DNA of 61,135 nt from Catajapyx aquilonaris. Its lineage: Eukaryota. Numbering within the stretch: the stretch's first letter is position 1; each line of letters starts with the position of its first letter. Position numbers and translations under genes: made by a program. The stretch spans positions 1 to 61,135 of the forward strand of contig JYFJ02002242.1 of the NCBI GenBank assembly GCA_000934665.2, written 5' to 3'. Below, in pieces: positions 1 through 13,309 of this stretch. The notes under the pieces were generated by a model. It did not search any database. It had not been told where the DNA came from and saw nothing but the letters and a program-made list of their open reading frames with translations.

Positions 1-514
1 TACACGTGGATATTTTCTTCAGGTCTCTACCTTACGTCATACTCAAAGGGTCAAAGGTCATGTCACTGACCTCCCACTTTTTGCGGGTAGTTTACGCCAC
101 TAAATTCTATCAAGGTATGTGGTAGATTCTCCATAATGTTGTGAATCAAATGACATATTGGCCATACTCCTAGCATGTATAGTTCCGAAGATATAAGGCA
201 AAATGTTGTAAAATGTGCATTTTTTTTCATTTTTGTCCTCCTGACCTATTGACCTCTGCTACTTGAAAATATTCGGACGTACTACTGATGTCGGTCTTAA
301 CACATGCGCCAAATTTCGTAAAAATTGGAATATGTAGGGTGCCATTTGGATTTTTTTGGGGGTGAACTGTCATGGAATTACCCGCTTTTGCACGTGCTCC
401 CCAAATAATAGAAAAATGGTAGAATCTACACAAATAAGGTTCTGAGTGCCATTTAGTTTAATCTGTGACAATTTGGCTGGTAATTGGGTTGGATTACTCC
501 AATGACACTTTATA

Positions 515-739
515 ATTGATATTTTAAGGAGGTTGGCCCAGCATTGCCTTTCAACCTCCAAGGATAGGGAAGGAAGGAAGCGGCTGTGGCCTATTATACG
601 AAAGTGACCCCGCAATTATCCTAGAAAGACCGTGGAAAACCACAGAAAACCACGGTCAGGGTTGCCGGCCCCGGGATTCGAACCCAGGACCTCCCGATTA
701 GCAGTCGGACGCCTTATCCACTATGCCAACCTGCTTCGG
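515..739 (-). mobile_element. tRNA-derived SINE (family A)
   Basis: The minus strand reads A-box-like TGGCATAGTGG and B-box GGTTCGAATCC, with an anticodon-like arm (tccga-ctgctaa-tcggg) but no paired acceptor stem. It continues into a GGTTTTCTGTGGTTTTCC...GGCCACAGCCGCTTCCTTCC body resembling arthropod SINEs. Confidence 0.75.
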
Positions 740-994
740 TACTCAAATGACACTGACATTTTCCCATACAGTAGATCCTAATGTACTGTACTGTACATGT
801 ACGTGTATGACTCTAGTGAGAAATCCATCCATTTTACCTTCCCCTGCAGTGTTACAGGTGTCAGCCTACAGATGGTTGCACCACCAGAAATGTACTTAAA
901 ATAGAACCTTTCTCCTTTGTTGTATAACGTTGACAATAACAACACAGAAATAAGCTCTTTTTGATGCTCATTAAGGTTAAGTGGTGCAACTGAC

Positions 995-3900
995 TTGTAT
1001 GTGATATTCTATCAGGAATATTATTCGAGATCAACAAATTCTTACTTGGTGGATTCCAGCCCGCACTTTCTCTTTCAGGCTGTGTTTAATTTTTTTCACG
1101 TCTTCATTCCCAATCAAGTCATCCTGAAAATACATGATATATCTATTAGCTGCAAGAAACAATGAATATTAGAATTAAAAATAATGAATGACCACCTACA
1201 GTGTAGTCAGGAAAAGTGTATTCTTTTATGACCCTGGGAATGAGGGATCCTTGCTTCATAAGGTCACCTATTAGACTATCCACCAAGGCTAGGAAGCTGT
1301 CTGCATCAGTCTCTTCCAAGGATGGGCTGAACAGAAGCTCTGGTTCAGCCAATTCCATACGGATTTCAAAGAAGGGACCTGGTGTTGTACCTTCATCTGA
1401 GTTTTCCAGAAGGTACTTTAAGCTGAAAAAGCAGCATTATTCAAATACAGTTGAATCCAGATATAACAGACTTCAAGGGACCGCGGAAATCAGTTTCTTA
1501 TATAGCCGAATACACAAACCATATATGGAAATATATCGGGACCGGCCTTTCAAGTCTATTATAACCGAAAGTCTGTTATAGCCGAGGCTGTTATATCCAG
1601 ATTCAACTGTGTACTTCATCCATTCATTTCACTCATGGCATATTCTCATCAAGATGGGGTTACCAGCCATGACCAGGTACAATCCACCTGGTCATCTCGT
1701 ACAACCATCGCTGGTAACCCCATCTGGATGGGAATATGCCCCAAGTGAAATGAATGAATGAATGAATGAACGGTATACTAAAACTAATCAAATGCATGAC
1801 AATGAACTATTCTCACCTGCAAGTGATATTTTTAGTGAAACCTTCAGTGACTATTTTGTCTATGTAGCCCATGTAAGCTGTCCATTCAGCCTCCTCTACT
1901 GCCACTTGAAAATGCTGCAAATTTTCTGCTAACAGAACATGTATGCTGTCACCAGCAGCTTTGACTTCATTATATCTGAAAATGAGTTTTGTCACAATCT
2001 GCAGGGTAAGTCAACCATGCCAGTAAAATACTGTAGATCACACACCTCCTTTGCACTCGGTCATTTCTGTCATCCAAGTAGAGAAGCATTTCCTTTTTCC
2101 CATCCTTCCTCTCAAAGAGCGGATTAGCATTCCAGGAATCTATTATCTTTGTCAGAGCAAGCACATTTGCCTGGGCCTTGTCAACTCGACCTCCTAGGTT
2201 CATAATAGTCTCACGAGTTTCAGAGACGTATTCCCACAAATCTGGAAATTACATTATTACTTACAACATTGCCCACCTGGATTAATAATACTTGCATAAT
2301 AACAGCATGCCAGTAATAATCTATAAAATGTACCGTCCGATTCCCAGGTCATTGATTTCTCAGCTTCCTCCAACTCTGTATCAATGTCTTTCATTTCAGA
2401 GGCAATGAGACTGAATTCTTCTGCATTTGCATTAGTTCGTATTTTATTATACCTGTTGAAAGAAGTTCCATTTAAAATATAGGAATGTATACTGTGTGTA
2501 TATTTTAAAATGTACATTATGCATAGAGTTAGGCATTATTCACGGGTTTTGCTTATATGAGGTGGAGCTTGGAAGAAATCACCTGCAGATATAAGAATAT
2601 GTACAGATGTTGAAGAATTCTGAAACAGTCAGTATAATAACCCTAATTTGACTTTCGTTTCATCAAAGTGAACAAAACCTGGTGATCAAAGAATCTAATC
2701 AACTGCAGAGAAAAGTGCACAAGAGCACTCACCACTGAACCATGTCCCTCAAATGGGATGTATACTTTTGCAACAGTTGATGTCGATCATACAGAGCAAC
2801 TGCTTCATTTGGTATGACAAATCCTTTGACTGCCTGCATGTATTTAAGCTCTCGCAGCAAAATTTCAAGCTGAAAATATTAAATGGAAGGTGTTATGCAT
2901 CCTGTCATTATTTTAAAAATTCACTTTTACACTCCGTATTTGCCTGTGGGTGAAAGTTGACTTCCAAAAGTTCAAATGCATCTCTTTTAAGCAGGTTAGC
3001 CGAGAGATGTTCTTGAATGATGTTTGGAGTTTGAGCAGCCCATTTATTAAAGCTTGCTGTCTTGAAATCATTCAGTAGTTCCTTGAGTTGGTAATACTTG
3101 ATGATTATTAGATCAGCCTGTCCTGTCTCCATTACTCTAAAGCAGAAATGTTATTAACATTGTTAACATATTTTTTCAGGGTTTACATGATTTAACTTTA
3201 CTGACAGGAACTTCGGCAACTTGCATATTGCATACTTTTAAAGGAACAAATCCAGGGGTTGGCCACTCACTTAAGATGTACATAATCACACATAATCACA
3301 AGTAGGCCCCAATTAGGAAAATGATTATTATTCATGAGCATAAGTAAACAAAATCATACATATACATTTCAAAGTAGAGTGGCTGATGCAATTTTAAAAT
3401 CAGACTTCACGTGCCATGTTTTTTTGTAAAATAGTAAACATTTGCCTTCTCAATATGGTCTATCTTGAGTATTGCACAATATTTTATTTCCGTTAACCTC
3501 TGCGTTACTTACTTTAACTCCAACAAGCGAAGATACTCAAATTGGCTGACCATAGTTGAAAGTATGCCATCAGCCCACAAGATTCCTCCTGCCATTGGGG
3601 GAAAATTTTTGCCCACATCAGGGCTACCGTTTTCTTTTATGTAATCCATTTGTCTGTCATACACAACCTTAAAAAAAGACCACATACCACAACACGTCAC
3701 AGATTTTCATGTTTCAACTTTTGTTTTTTGTTTTCACTGTGTATCATGCTGTACCTTTGACCTAGCCACATCCTGGTCCAACTTCTCCAATAGGACAAGA
3801 AACTTTTGTGAAATATCTTTTTTAATTGCGGTGCGCTCCAACAAGGGTGCATACATTATAAGCAACTGTGAAATTAACCAATATATATGTTAAATCCTGT

Positions 3901-6900
3901 ATTATTTAGAATAGGGTAGTAGCAGTGTTAATTTATCAGGATGAATGTTACTTATATTATTACCTTAAGCACACCATCAAGATTCCCAGCATCATCAAAA
4001 CCTTGATTAAATATGCTTGCGAGCCTATGGTCCATGTCACGAACTTTAGCAACGAACATTGCATAATCATTGGAAAAACCAGGATCATTTGGCTCCAAGC
4101 AATCATATAAGGTGTTGGCATATTGTGAATAATACTCTGCAAAATCTTCATAAATATCCATGACTTTGTCATTTAGTATTTTCCCTTTCAATCCACCCAT
4201 TGCAATTTTCTCAAGCTTCATAAACTCGTTAGATGTCCGAAAAAATATCTGAAATAGCCAACACAACAGACATGAAGTTTTGAAGCACAGAATTATACCA
4301 ATTTAATACTCACATGAAGACTTTTCAAACGTTTCATATATGCATTGAAGCGAGTAAATACAGCTGATGGTGGGAAGTTCCACAGTACTGGCTGCCTATC
4401 TGCCTTAAAATATGCTGGCAGATTTTTCTTGTGCACTTCATAAAGCCGTCTATAACAAAAACACATTACCTAAAATCCAGTGACTGGAGAATCAATTCAT
4501 GCAGTCAGCATACAACCTTAATTAAAGTGCTACAAGATAAAGAAAGATATCTAATAGGTGGAATTACACAATCGTGCCCAATTTTATAGTGACAATAAAT
4601 ATATTATACAAATTAAGCAGTATACCTAAACCTCCAAAGAAGAGTTCTAGCCACAAGTAGTCTCTGCATGCAGTCTTCAACTTCACTCTGGAACATGCTA
4701 GTTGGATCCAAGTAGGCTCTTGACTGGCATTAAAAATTACATAACATAAGGAAATAATGGAAACTACTGCAAAGAAGTGACATGCCATGTGAACACTTGA
4801 ACTTTACCTACCATGTCTATTACATAATTGCATAACTCCTTCAAGAGGACAATAATGCGTGCAGGCTTTGAATAATATCGTGAGTGAGCCCAAACCAAGC
4901 AGACTGAATGGATCACAGATCTCCAATAAGGTTTCGTGTCTTGAAATTCAACCTGGTCGAGTTTATCTAAGTGAGCCTTGCAGGGCAGCAAGTATCGATA
5001 AATATCGTTGGCCTCAACAAGTGCTGTAAAGAGAGAGCAAAATGTGTGAGAAAATTGTACCAATTAATGACCATACTAATTTGATCATATTAAATTCAGC
5101 ATTAGTCTGAGGATAAGGTGATGTCTGAGGATAAGGTGATGTCTGAGGTGGGCAGGGGTGGGGGGTGGGTCAGGTTGTTTTTAGGTTTATTCTCATGAGT
5201 TTTATTAGTTCATATGTTGGGTTAGCTTGCGTCTCCCTTCATCGCTGACTACCCCTCATAGGGAAATGTCGTGATGTTGTTGTTGTTGTTGTTGTAAATT
5301 CAGCATTACCTGCTATGACATTTTTCAGTAGCTTCTGGTAATATGTGTAGTACACATCATTAGTCTTTTGCAGAAGATCCCCAATGTCTTTCACCTTTTC
5401 TTCTCTAAGTTGCTCATATATGAATTTTAAGTTCTGGCATCGATCTCGCCAAAAGTGTAATTCTGCATAAGGATTTAAAATGTAAGACTCTTACGACACT
5501 GCTTACAGGACATAACATTACCAGCTTCTGGAGTAGGGTTTTGTCCATCATTAAAAGCCTGAGAGGAGTCTTGAACCAAAACATCATTAACTTGGCGCAC
5601 CCAATTGATGACCATTGTTTCCACAGAATTCTGCAAATCCATGTCTCGGAATTTTCCACTGGGTAGTAAGATAACGTGTCACAATTGTAAAATTTAATAT
5701 GAAGAATTCATTGAATCATGCAACATTATACTATTATGATGCACCTACGTTTTAACAGCATGTTTTAATTCGGCACGAATTTTTTCCAGTCCTAGTGGCA
5801 TAGGCAACAGAGTCTTGCCACTCATTTGCCCACGTACTTGATATATTTCACTCTTCACCCTATGTGACTGTCGTGTGACATCTTCTTTGACAAAAGTGGA
5901 CCATTCTGCCTGGTAGCTTCCAGATGTCATAAGAGGTATGTAGGCCTGAAACAATCAGATTTGAAGTACTGTAATTGCATTCAATCAGTAACGGCCAATT
6001 GTCATTATAGTACAATAACTTTGCCACTTCCGTTACATATTACATCACCTTTAGAGTAGTAAAAAATACATCATCATCAACATCACGACATTTCCCTATG
6101 AGGCGTAGTCAGCGATGAAGGGAGATGCAAGCTACCCCAACATATGAACTAATAATTAATACTTGTGAAAATAAACCTATAAACAACCCATCCCACCCCC
6201 CACCCCTGCCCATCTCAGACAACAGACACTGAATATTAAATTTAAAAATTACACTATGCCATACGGTACTTCGCCAAACAGATAAAAATACAAAAGAAAT
6301 AAAAATGGTGTTGGAGTGTGGGAACAAACTAACAGATTTGCGCTTTTGTAAGGTTGAATTATTCCACCTATTCAGTCATCACATTCTAGCATAATTATGT
6401 GGGAAATCAAAGACATTATTTCTTCAGCAACTTGATAACACCACTCCCCATGACATCTCCATGACAATATAGAATGGGCAGATTGTCCCTATCAAGCTGC
6501 AGGCACACACTGATGTTCAAAAATGCAGCTGGTCACATGATTCACATTAAGAAGACCTCATTGTTATCATCAAGAGTTGCTGCCTCTAATTGGCTGATTT
6601 GACTCAAGAGCAGGTTTCTACAGTTACCTGTCAACAAGCCGGCAGCAATACCCACTGTCCATTTCCAATGTTCTCTCACAGTAGTAACCAAAGGTAGTAA
6701 CACTTCCAATTCTAAGCAAGAAATTGGACCAAGCCCCAATATACTGAACCAAAGTCTCATTCACAGTTTTAACTGATGCAGCCAGAAAATGACAGTGACG
6801 TCACAAGTCTTTAATTGTTAGTTTCACTGTTGACATTGATGGGAGTCATTGCAGCCCATTTTGATGTCACTATCAGTGCGTTGCTAAACTCAGTGGCTGC

Positions 6901-8342
6901 TGCAGCAGAGGTGAACAAGTAACAATAAAATAACACTAAAGTAACCAATAGGAGAGCTCAGCTGTGCTGACAGAGCTGAGTGAAGGTGCATTTACATGTG
7001 AGCGATTTGATCGCGCGATGTCATCGCTGAGAGACGAATCCAATTGCTTGGGGCAAAAATCGATTGTTACTGTGATTGTTACTTTTGCCCCAAACAACTG
7101 GATTCATCGCTCGGCGATGACAGCGCGAAATCAAACCGTTCCCATGGAAACGTACCTTTAGACGCTGAGTTTAGCAATACACTCTAGGCGTATTCGGCAA
7201 TTCAGGAATCTGACTTCCTGGGCTGTTTGGATGTTCGGCAAATCAGGTGCCACGCCCCCTGAAGTAAGTGCGCATGCGCCCTACCTGACTTCCCAAGCTC
7301 AGGAACTTAGTGTACTCCTGACCTGACTTACTTGCTGAGAAACAATTAACAAACAAATTATTGTTATTGATGCAGCAGTGTTGCCAATGCAAAATGCCCC
7401 AAAACCCCGCGAGAGGACCTGAAAATACCCGATTTTACCCGCATTTTCATTTTACCCGCACCATTACCCGCCAGCGTCCGAAATACGGCACAGAAATACC
7501 CGAACATTGGCATATCACTGGGATGCAGCACAGGCGGGTAGGGGGGTCTCTCAGTTCTGCCGTTCGGCAATAATCTTCTGAGGGGCAGGGCTAACAACTC
7601 TGATATCACTTGACGCATCTCAGAATAATCTGAATTGCCGAATACGCCTTCTATATTCTCTGAAAGCAACAATGTAATACAGATTTGTTTCTCTGCCTGT
7701 TTGTTTGCTTGCTGTCAATGTCAATGGGGCACTTGCAGAATTATCCAAGAGGTTCAGCAAGGTTAACTTTTTATCCTAAATGTCACGGGCGTATTGTATT
7801 TGTCCTGCAATGTTATCTGAGGTCGCAGGAGCACAAAATAAGGCCAAAAATGATAAAACAGAAGCACCTAGCACGTGCGTAACAGGCCTCGACTCTCAAG
7901 CGATCATTTTCTGTTTTCCTACTTTAATTACCTTGGCAGTGTAAATTTGGCTATTAAGAAATTACACCAGGCTTACCGATTCCTTCATGGAGAAGAACTC
8001 ATCCATGTATTGTGCGGGCAAGTCTCCATAGGCCATAAAATGTTTAAAGTTAGCCTTTGGAACAGGGCCTTCATGTCGCTTCACAAACTGAATGGCCTTG
8101 CCCTTGGTTGTGGGAGGGCAACCAAGGGAAGCAATGATCTGCCCTCCAACAAACGTCACCACCAACTGCATCGCATCACTTTGGTCCAAGAACTCGTAAA
8201 GTGCTACGCGGCATTCATCAACGTTCAGCATCTTCTGCCATCTGTCCATCTTCACGCAAAAAGACTCCATAACATAATTGCACACAAAATCTATGCGCAA
8301 GTCTGCTGAAGCCTGGGTGTGCGATGAGTCTGAATCCCCCAT
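995..8342 (-). CDS. Axonemal outer-arm dynein heavy chain, beta-type (DNAH9/11/17-like); N-terminal exons only, gene continues beyond the left edge
   Basis: Exons include 8342-7977 (MGDSDSS...), 5945-5749 (RGQMSGKTLLPMP), 5658-5522, 5462-5310 (ELHFWRDRCQNLKFIYEQLR), 5023-4812 (VCLVWAHSRYYSKPARIIVLLKELCN), and further exons carrying MDHRLASIFNQGFDD, KNFPPMAGGILWA, LLEVNFHPQ, WNANPLFERKDGKKE and GPFFEIRMEL, ending at 1123-995. These match DHC_N1-region motifs of beta outer-arm dyneins. Checked junctions are GT-AG and phase-compatible. Confidence 0.92.
1448..1609. mobile_element. Tc1/mariner(pogo)-type MITE, family B
   Basis: TIR CAGTTGAATCCAGATATAAC / GTTATATCCAGATTCAACTG with a 5' TA. A longer copy with the same TIR lies at 58946-59501. 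Confidence 0.75.
1620..1765. repeat. Palindromic MITE-like element
   Basis: CATTTCACT..GGCATATTCTCATCAAGATGGGGTTACCAGC pairs with GCTGGTAACCCCATCTGGATGGGAATATGCC..AGTGAAATG. A partial related copy lies near 16440-16500. Confidence 0.55.
5105..5294 (+). mobile_element. 5'-truncated non-LTR retroposon fragment with (GTT)n tail, family C
   Basis: 14-bp TSD TAAATTCAGCATTA at 5091-5104 and 5295-5308, microsatellite tail, and an inverted copy at 6069-6219. Confidence 0.75.
6069..6219 (-). mobile_element. Second copy of family C retroposon fragment (inverted)
   Basis: Reverse-complement match to 5141-5294 (CATCACGACATTTCCCTATGAGG...CCCCTGCCCATCTCAGAC). Confidence 0.75.
6877..7650. mobile_element. 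Cluster of nested/adjacent MITEs in dynein intron 1
   Basis: TIR pair GTGCGTTGCTAAACTCAG / CTGAGTTTAGCAATACAC (~6877-7182; related copy ~16877-16999). Internal palindromic element ~6984-7157. TIR AGGCGTATTCGGCAATTCAG / CTGAATTGCCGAATACGCCT (~7186-7649). Confidence 0.65.
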
Positions 8343-9146
8343 CGTTGCTATCACCTTCCTACAACATCACCTGCAAATAATTCAGTGTAATATATTAGAA
8401 CATGCCGGGTCTTTAGCCAAGGAAATAATATTTTGCCTGCTGATCCTGTTGCCATTAGAATACTTCATATCAAATATTGCAAGACGTACCTAATGGAATG
8501 AAGTAAATTCTTCAAATCCTTTTTAAAAAACGTGCAGCATGTCTGCACCCTTCCATCCTACTGTTTGGAATGTTCTGGGCGACAATTTGTCAACAGGATC
8601 TCCATGCCAACCACCGCAGCAACAACAGAATGCCAACACATCTGACAACGACCCAACGACTGAACGACGCCCCAGTGTGAACAACAACAGCGTTCCAACA
8701 ACAGCAGCCGGAATGGCGGGAATATTTTTTTTGTTTCGGACGCACCCCTCTGGTAGTTCGACAAGGCTTGCCAACCAGTGAGATGTTGCGAAAAGGGGCG
8801 CGGTCGAATTTCGCTCAGGTTGGCACCTCCGTCACTGAATCTTTCAGTGAGCCCCACCTGCAAAAGAGGGAAAAGAATATTTTTTTTCACTTTCAAAGTG
8901 TTGAGTCATTCCGGTGGTGTACGGCTGGGTATTACGCATCGCAAGGACTGACCCCAACTGACCAGCAACAGGCCTCACTTGACCACAGGTGACGATTGGT
9001 AGGTAAAACTATGGCAGCTAGGGAACACTGGATCAGGCAGTGATTTACATAAGCTGAGGATCATACTTTTCTTCTCTATTTTTTGGGGGGAAGACCCTTC
9101 CGTTGCCAATATGCCGCGTGGAGGTCAGCCAGTGCAGCTGCCGACC

Positions 9147-10102
9147 ATGGCGTTCCAGCACCAGGCTGGGACTGCGATGGAGTGCTTGAGTATTCCCATT
9201 ACTTTACATAAGGAGCCGGGGGTTGACCCGGATGGAAGGGAAGTCATGAAGTGTGGGTTCAAGATTGGAGGAGGGATCGACCAGGACTATCGGAAGAGCC
9301 CACAAGGATACACTGATAATGTACGTGCATAAGTCGTTAGTTCTGGACCATGCATTCAAGGCTGTGGTTGATACTAGTAGTTAACTAGGGAAGGCGAAGT
9401 GGCGCTGCGGTAACGTATGCGCCCATGGATGGAAGGGTCCCGGGTTTGATACCAAGCCTGGGCATTCCCCCCCTTTCATCATGTGCGGAGTTCGGGGTCA
9501 TCTCCGGCTTCGTCTAGGGTGAGATTTCCTATAGACGAACCACCCGGGGGAGCTCACAAAATGACCATAGTGCCGACATTACGCATCCCCTCCCAGTCAC
9601 CCTGCCCTCAGACCAGGGCTCGTCGTTGTCCAAATTCATGTACATCATGGCAATAAAGGTCCATGTCAAAACCCCAGTGAGGGTACAGCACTACACCCAA
9701 TTATCATCAATTATTAGTAGTAGTAGTTAACTGAAAAGTAAACATGATGAGCTGCCGCTAAAGGCCACTTGGTTGCACCATTTGCAAGATCCAGCATCAG
9801 ACATAGGTCAACCCATCTCATTGTCGCTAACAATTAATAAGAATATATTCTGCACTGGCGCACCCAGCTGCCGACATGCCACAATTCGCACTAATGTAAT
9901 TTACTCCACACAGGGCATCTATGTGACAGAAGTCCATGACGGGAGCCCTGCTTCGAAGGCTGGTCTCCGTGTCCATGACAAGATCCTCCAGTGCAATGGC
10001 TATGATTTCACAATGGTCACACACAAGAAAGCAGTTGATTACATCAAGAAGCACCCTGTGCTTAATCTGCTGGTGGCCAGAAAAGGGGTCACCTCGTCAT
10101 GA
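9147..10102 (+). CDS. TAX1BP3: Tax1-binding protein 3 / TIP-1, single-PDZ protein (120 aa; exons 9147-9320, 9914-10102)
   Basis: MAFQHQAGTAMECLSIPITLHKE...GFKIGGGIDQDYRKSPQGYTDN|GIYVTEVHDGSPASKAGLRVHDKILQCNGYDFTMVTHKKAVDYIKK is the characteristic TIP-1 sequence. Phase-0 GT-AG intron; AATAAA at ~10237. Confidence 0.96.
9387..9720 (+). mobile_element. tRNA-derived SINE (family D) in TAX1BP3 intron
   Basis: Head GGAAGGCGAAGTGGCGCTGCGGTAAC...GGTCCCGGGTTTGATACC with Pol III A/B boxes. 12-bp TSD TAGTAGTTAACT (9375-9386, 9721-9732). Other copies at 28999-29331 and 54031-54367. Confidence 0.85.
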
Positions 10103-10508
10103 ACAGGCCCCTCCTTTTCTGTGTCATGTTCACGTCAAACTTGGGTGACGATAATGTGTCATGCGCTGATTTCATATCACTTTTGATATTGCAAACCTGG
10201 TCACCTGGCAGATACATCTGCTTGGCTAAATAATAGAATAAAAAAGCATACAAAAAAGATGTCATATATGTACAAGAATCAAACGTCACAGCTTGCTTCT
10301 GTCATTACAGAACTTGTTGTGAAAATATGTAATTACTGTCGTGATGTAAGGCTATAGCAGTGGAAAATACTTGCCCAAGTTAGATGCTAAGTGGGCTTTA
10401 CCTAGCATTTCACTTTTTAACTGCAATCATTCCATTTGTACATACAAGTGTCTTTTATTACCTTTTCTCAATGTTGTACAAAAAAAATTAAAAGATCAAT
10501 ATGAGAAT

Positions 10509-13309
10509 TCATTTCTTGGACTTCTTCCCCTTCCCACTGCACTTGTGTCCTTTCCCCTTCCCCTTGTCCTTTCTCTTCTCCTTTTTGTGCTTCTTATGGT
10601 GCTTGCGGTGGCCCCCACTTGAGTCAGATCGCTCACTGTCTGTGTTAGCTGAGGTGGAAAAAGTTGCTGTTGAAGCCGCAGGCCTAGTGACCACACTGCT
10701 GATCCGTATCCTGGTCTGCTCAACATTGACCACGCTCACTGTGTGCGTCTTATTTTTCTGATCGTCCTCCCACTCGTCGTCACTGCTGTCACTGTTCGGT
10801 GTGGGGGGCCTCCTGTGATGCCTCGCATGGGCTGCTTCGGCTCCAGACGATGATTCAGAGTCCCACATAATCCGTCGCTTGCGCTTGATCATCCTTGGGG
10901 GTGGCACCACTTCCTCGTCGCTGGTTTCTGATGAAAGCGTCACTATTTCAGGTGTCCGCTCCCCAATTGGCTTCAGACATGCCACTATTTGGCAGTCGTC
11001 AGAATCGCTCTCCTGCTTCACTGTTACTGCTACTGGCCTGTGGAAAGAATTATAGCAGAGTAAAGCTTATGTATTGATTACGTGGCGAGTCACAATTCGG
11101 AAACTATGATTTTGAAGCATATCATTAAAAAAAGCCACAAAACTATCAAACCATGGACACAGTGGAATTACTTTTCGTACTGGAATGAGATCATCAATAT
11201 AATTTTGTTGCATATAATGTAAACATTTTTACTTCAGAACAGAGACTTTGCTGTAGTTAAGCGGCATTGTACTTCAAGAGTGCCGTGAGGAATCATTAAA
11301 ATATTCAAACAGCACTGAGAACATTTGATCTTATCCTCCTTCACCTCAAAAAGTCATTCAAAAACATTCAGTAACATTACCTGGATATTCCTGAAGGCCC
11401 CGGCATGGCTAGGTCGAGTGGCTCATCTCGAGGTCGCTGTGGCTCAGGACTCACAACTTGTATGTCGGAACTATCAGAGTCATTACTTGAATCCAGTTCT
11501 TGCACTACAGGTTCAGGTCTGGCCTCATACTGAGCGTACTGGTCATATCCAGACATGTCATAGGGCGCGCGTGCAAAGCACCAAAACTCATGAAGGAAGT
11601 GATCGGTGTTAATGCCCAGGTAGGGGGATATGCGCTCTCTGAATTCTCGGGAGACAATGTCGTATTGGCGCACCCAGTCTGACATGAGGTCCATGAGATA
11701 CATGACATGTGACGCACCCCTGAAGCCCACCATAGCATTGAGCTCCCTGTTCAGCCAGGGCATAAGTCTGTGAGTGCATGCTGGGTTGGCTACGTAGAAC
11801 TGTGACGTGCACTCCCGGTAGCGCCCTGTGATGTCTGCCATTGGTCGCACCCACAGGCCATCGGAATAAACCATCTCTCGGAAAGTGCTGGTGGCAGAAC
11901 GTGTCCAGTATGTGCTCCTAGTGCGACGGCGATTAGGGATTCGCTGAGAGGCATAGTAAGGGTCACGCATTGTCATCAGGTTGCGTAGGCTGAAAGTGTA
12001 ACAAAAACTCATTTATGATGTTGCAATGTCTTGTTCAATGTTATTTTTCAATTGTTGTACTACCAGGTCTAACCTTCTTTGCTGGCACCACCGCATTTTT
12101 GTAGTTAAATCTTTCATTCCTTTGCTATTGTCTCCAGGCCAACTTTGTTCTCTACTGATCAACAAACTTTTTGAATCCTGAAACCATGTCAATCTCACCT
12201 GCCCAAACCAACTGTTCCAAAGTCAGACTGACTTGTCTCTCTTCCAGAGCCGATTGGCGTTGGTTGGTTACTTTAGATTAGAACAGTATGTTGGTTGCTG
12301 GGGTGGGGTTTACATCATGTGCTGTAGTCAAGGAGTCCGTTGGTTGAAAGGGTGCCACTTCCACCAAGTCAAGAAGGGATTTCGAGACTCTCAAGTCAGT
12401 TGATCAATAAAGAACAAAGTTTGGCGGAGAACAGTAGCAAATGAATTAACATATTTAACAAATGCAATAACCAAGAAGGTTAGGCCTGGCAGAACAACAA
12501 CGTTCACCACTGCAAAATACGAGTCTAGTCACCTTTTCTGCTTGACTCTAGAGCCTTGTTGCAGAATACTACTAATAATGCAGTGCATTAGCAATAATTG
12601 CAGAAACATGGGTGGAATTTTCTTTGTACTACTAGTTACTTTTAACTCAGCAGTACCATTACATTACACTGGTACTGGTAAGTTAAAAGTACCGAGTAGT
12701 ACGACGAAAATTCCACCACATGTCTTTATTTTCCTCAACCACCTAATTGTCTGATTACAAAAAATGCACATTTAGGGATCAACAAGAGTGTGGCACTTAC
12801 TGCACAGAGTAATTTCCTGATCCATATGGCAACCATGGCTGGGGAAGTACGTCCTGGGGCACTGGTGCTTGCCTGAGGTGGTACTGATCATAGTCTTCGA
12901 TGGACCTCACAGAGTGAATAATGGACTTAAACGTCTGCTTGCACAAGGGGCACTCGGCCTTCACCTTGGACCACTCTAGCAGGCACGTAAAGCAAAACTG
13001 GTGGAAGCAGCTGTCCGTGAACGACTTGTTCTCCAGTTTACCCAAGCAGATGGCACAATTGGGTTCAGGGGATTCCGAGGTCTCCCTGCCCTCTTTCTTT
13101 GCCTCAGATGATGACGATGGGCCTTCTCCGCTGGAGCCAGCCCTGGGGGATGCATTGGGCGAGGAGGAGGCACCGCCTGTGGATGTGGCACTGGCAGAGT
13201 GGTGTCGCTTTCTGAAATGGCTTGGAGAGCCAGCATTCACGTTCTTTGGGCTCTCCCCACCATCGGGTGGCAGATGCAGTGGGGTGGGGGGGCATTCTAC
13301 AGGTTCCAT
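10509..13309 (-). CDS. TOPORS: E3 ubiquitin/SUMO ligase Topors (coding exons 13309-12801, 11989-11381, 11037-10509; probable 5'UTR exon with donor at ~20152)
   Basis: C3HC4 RING CAICLGKLENKSFTDSCFHQFCFTCLLEWSKVKAECPLCKQTFKSIIHSVRS; Topors block NPACTHRLMPWLNREL...TDHFLHEFWCFARAPYDMSGYD; SIM-like IVTLSS and a Lys/His-rich tail. Splice phases are compatible. Confidence 0.95.

Noticed and set aside
663..735. Possible tRNA-Ser(GCT) on the minus strand
   Set aside because: The acceptor stem does not pair, there is no long variable arm, and the sequence runs into a SINE body. Called as a SINE head.
7138..7151. Perfect RFX X-box-like GTTCCCATGGAAAC in dynein intron 1
   Set aside because: It lies within the terminal inverted repeat of a MITE, so it may be coincidental. 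There is no independent support.
8539..8992. Short ORFs between dynein and TAX1BP3
   Set aside because: No recognisable motifs; more simply explained as promoter/5'UTR sequence.
12199..12509. Possible extra or poison exon in a Topors intron (AG at 12510, GT at 12198)
   Set aside because: The flanking exons already join in frame, the segment contains stops, and it cannot be supported without transcripts.
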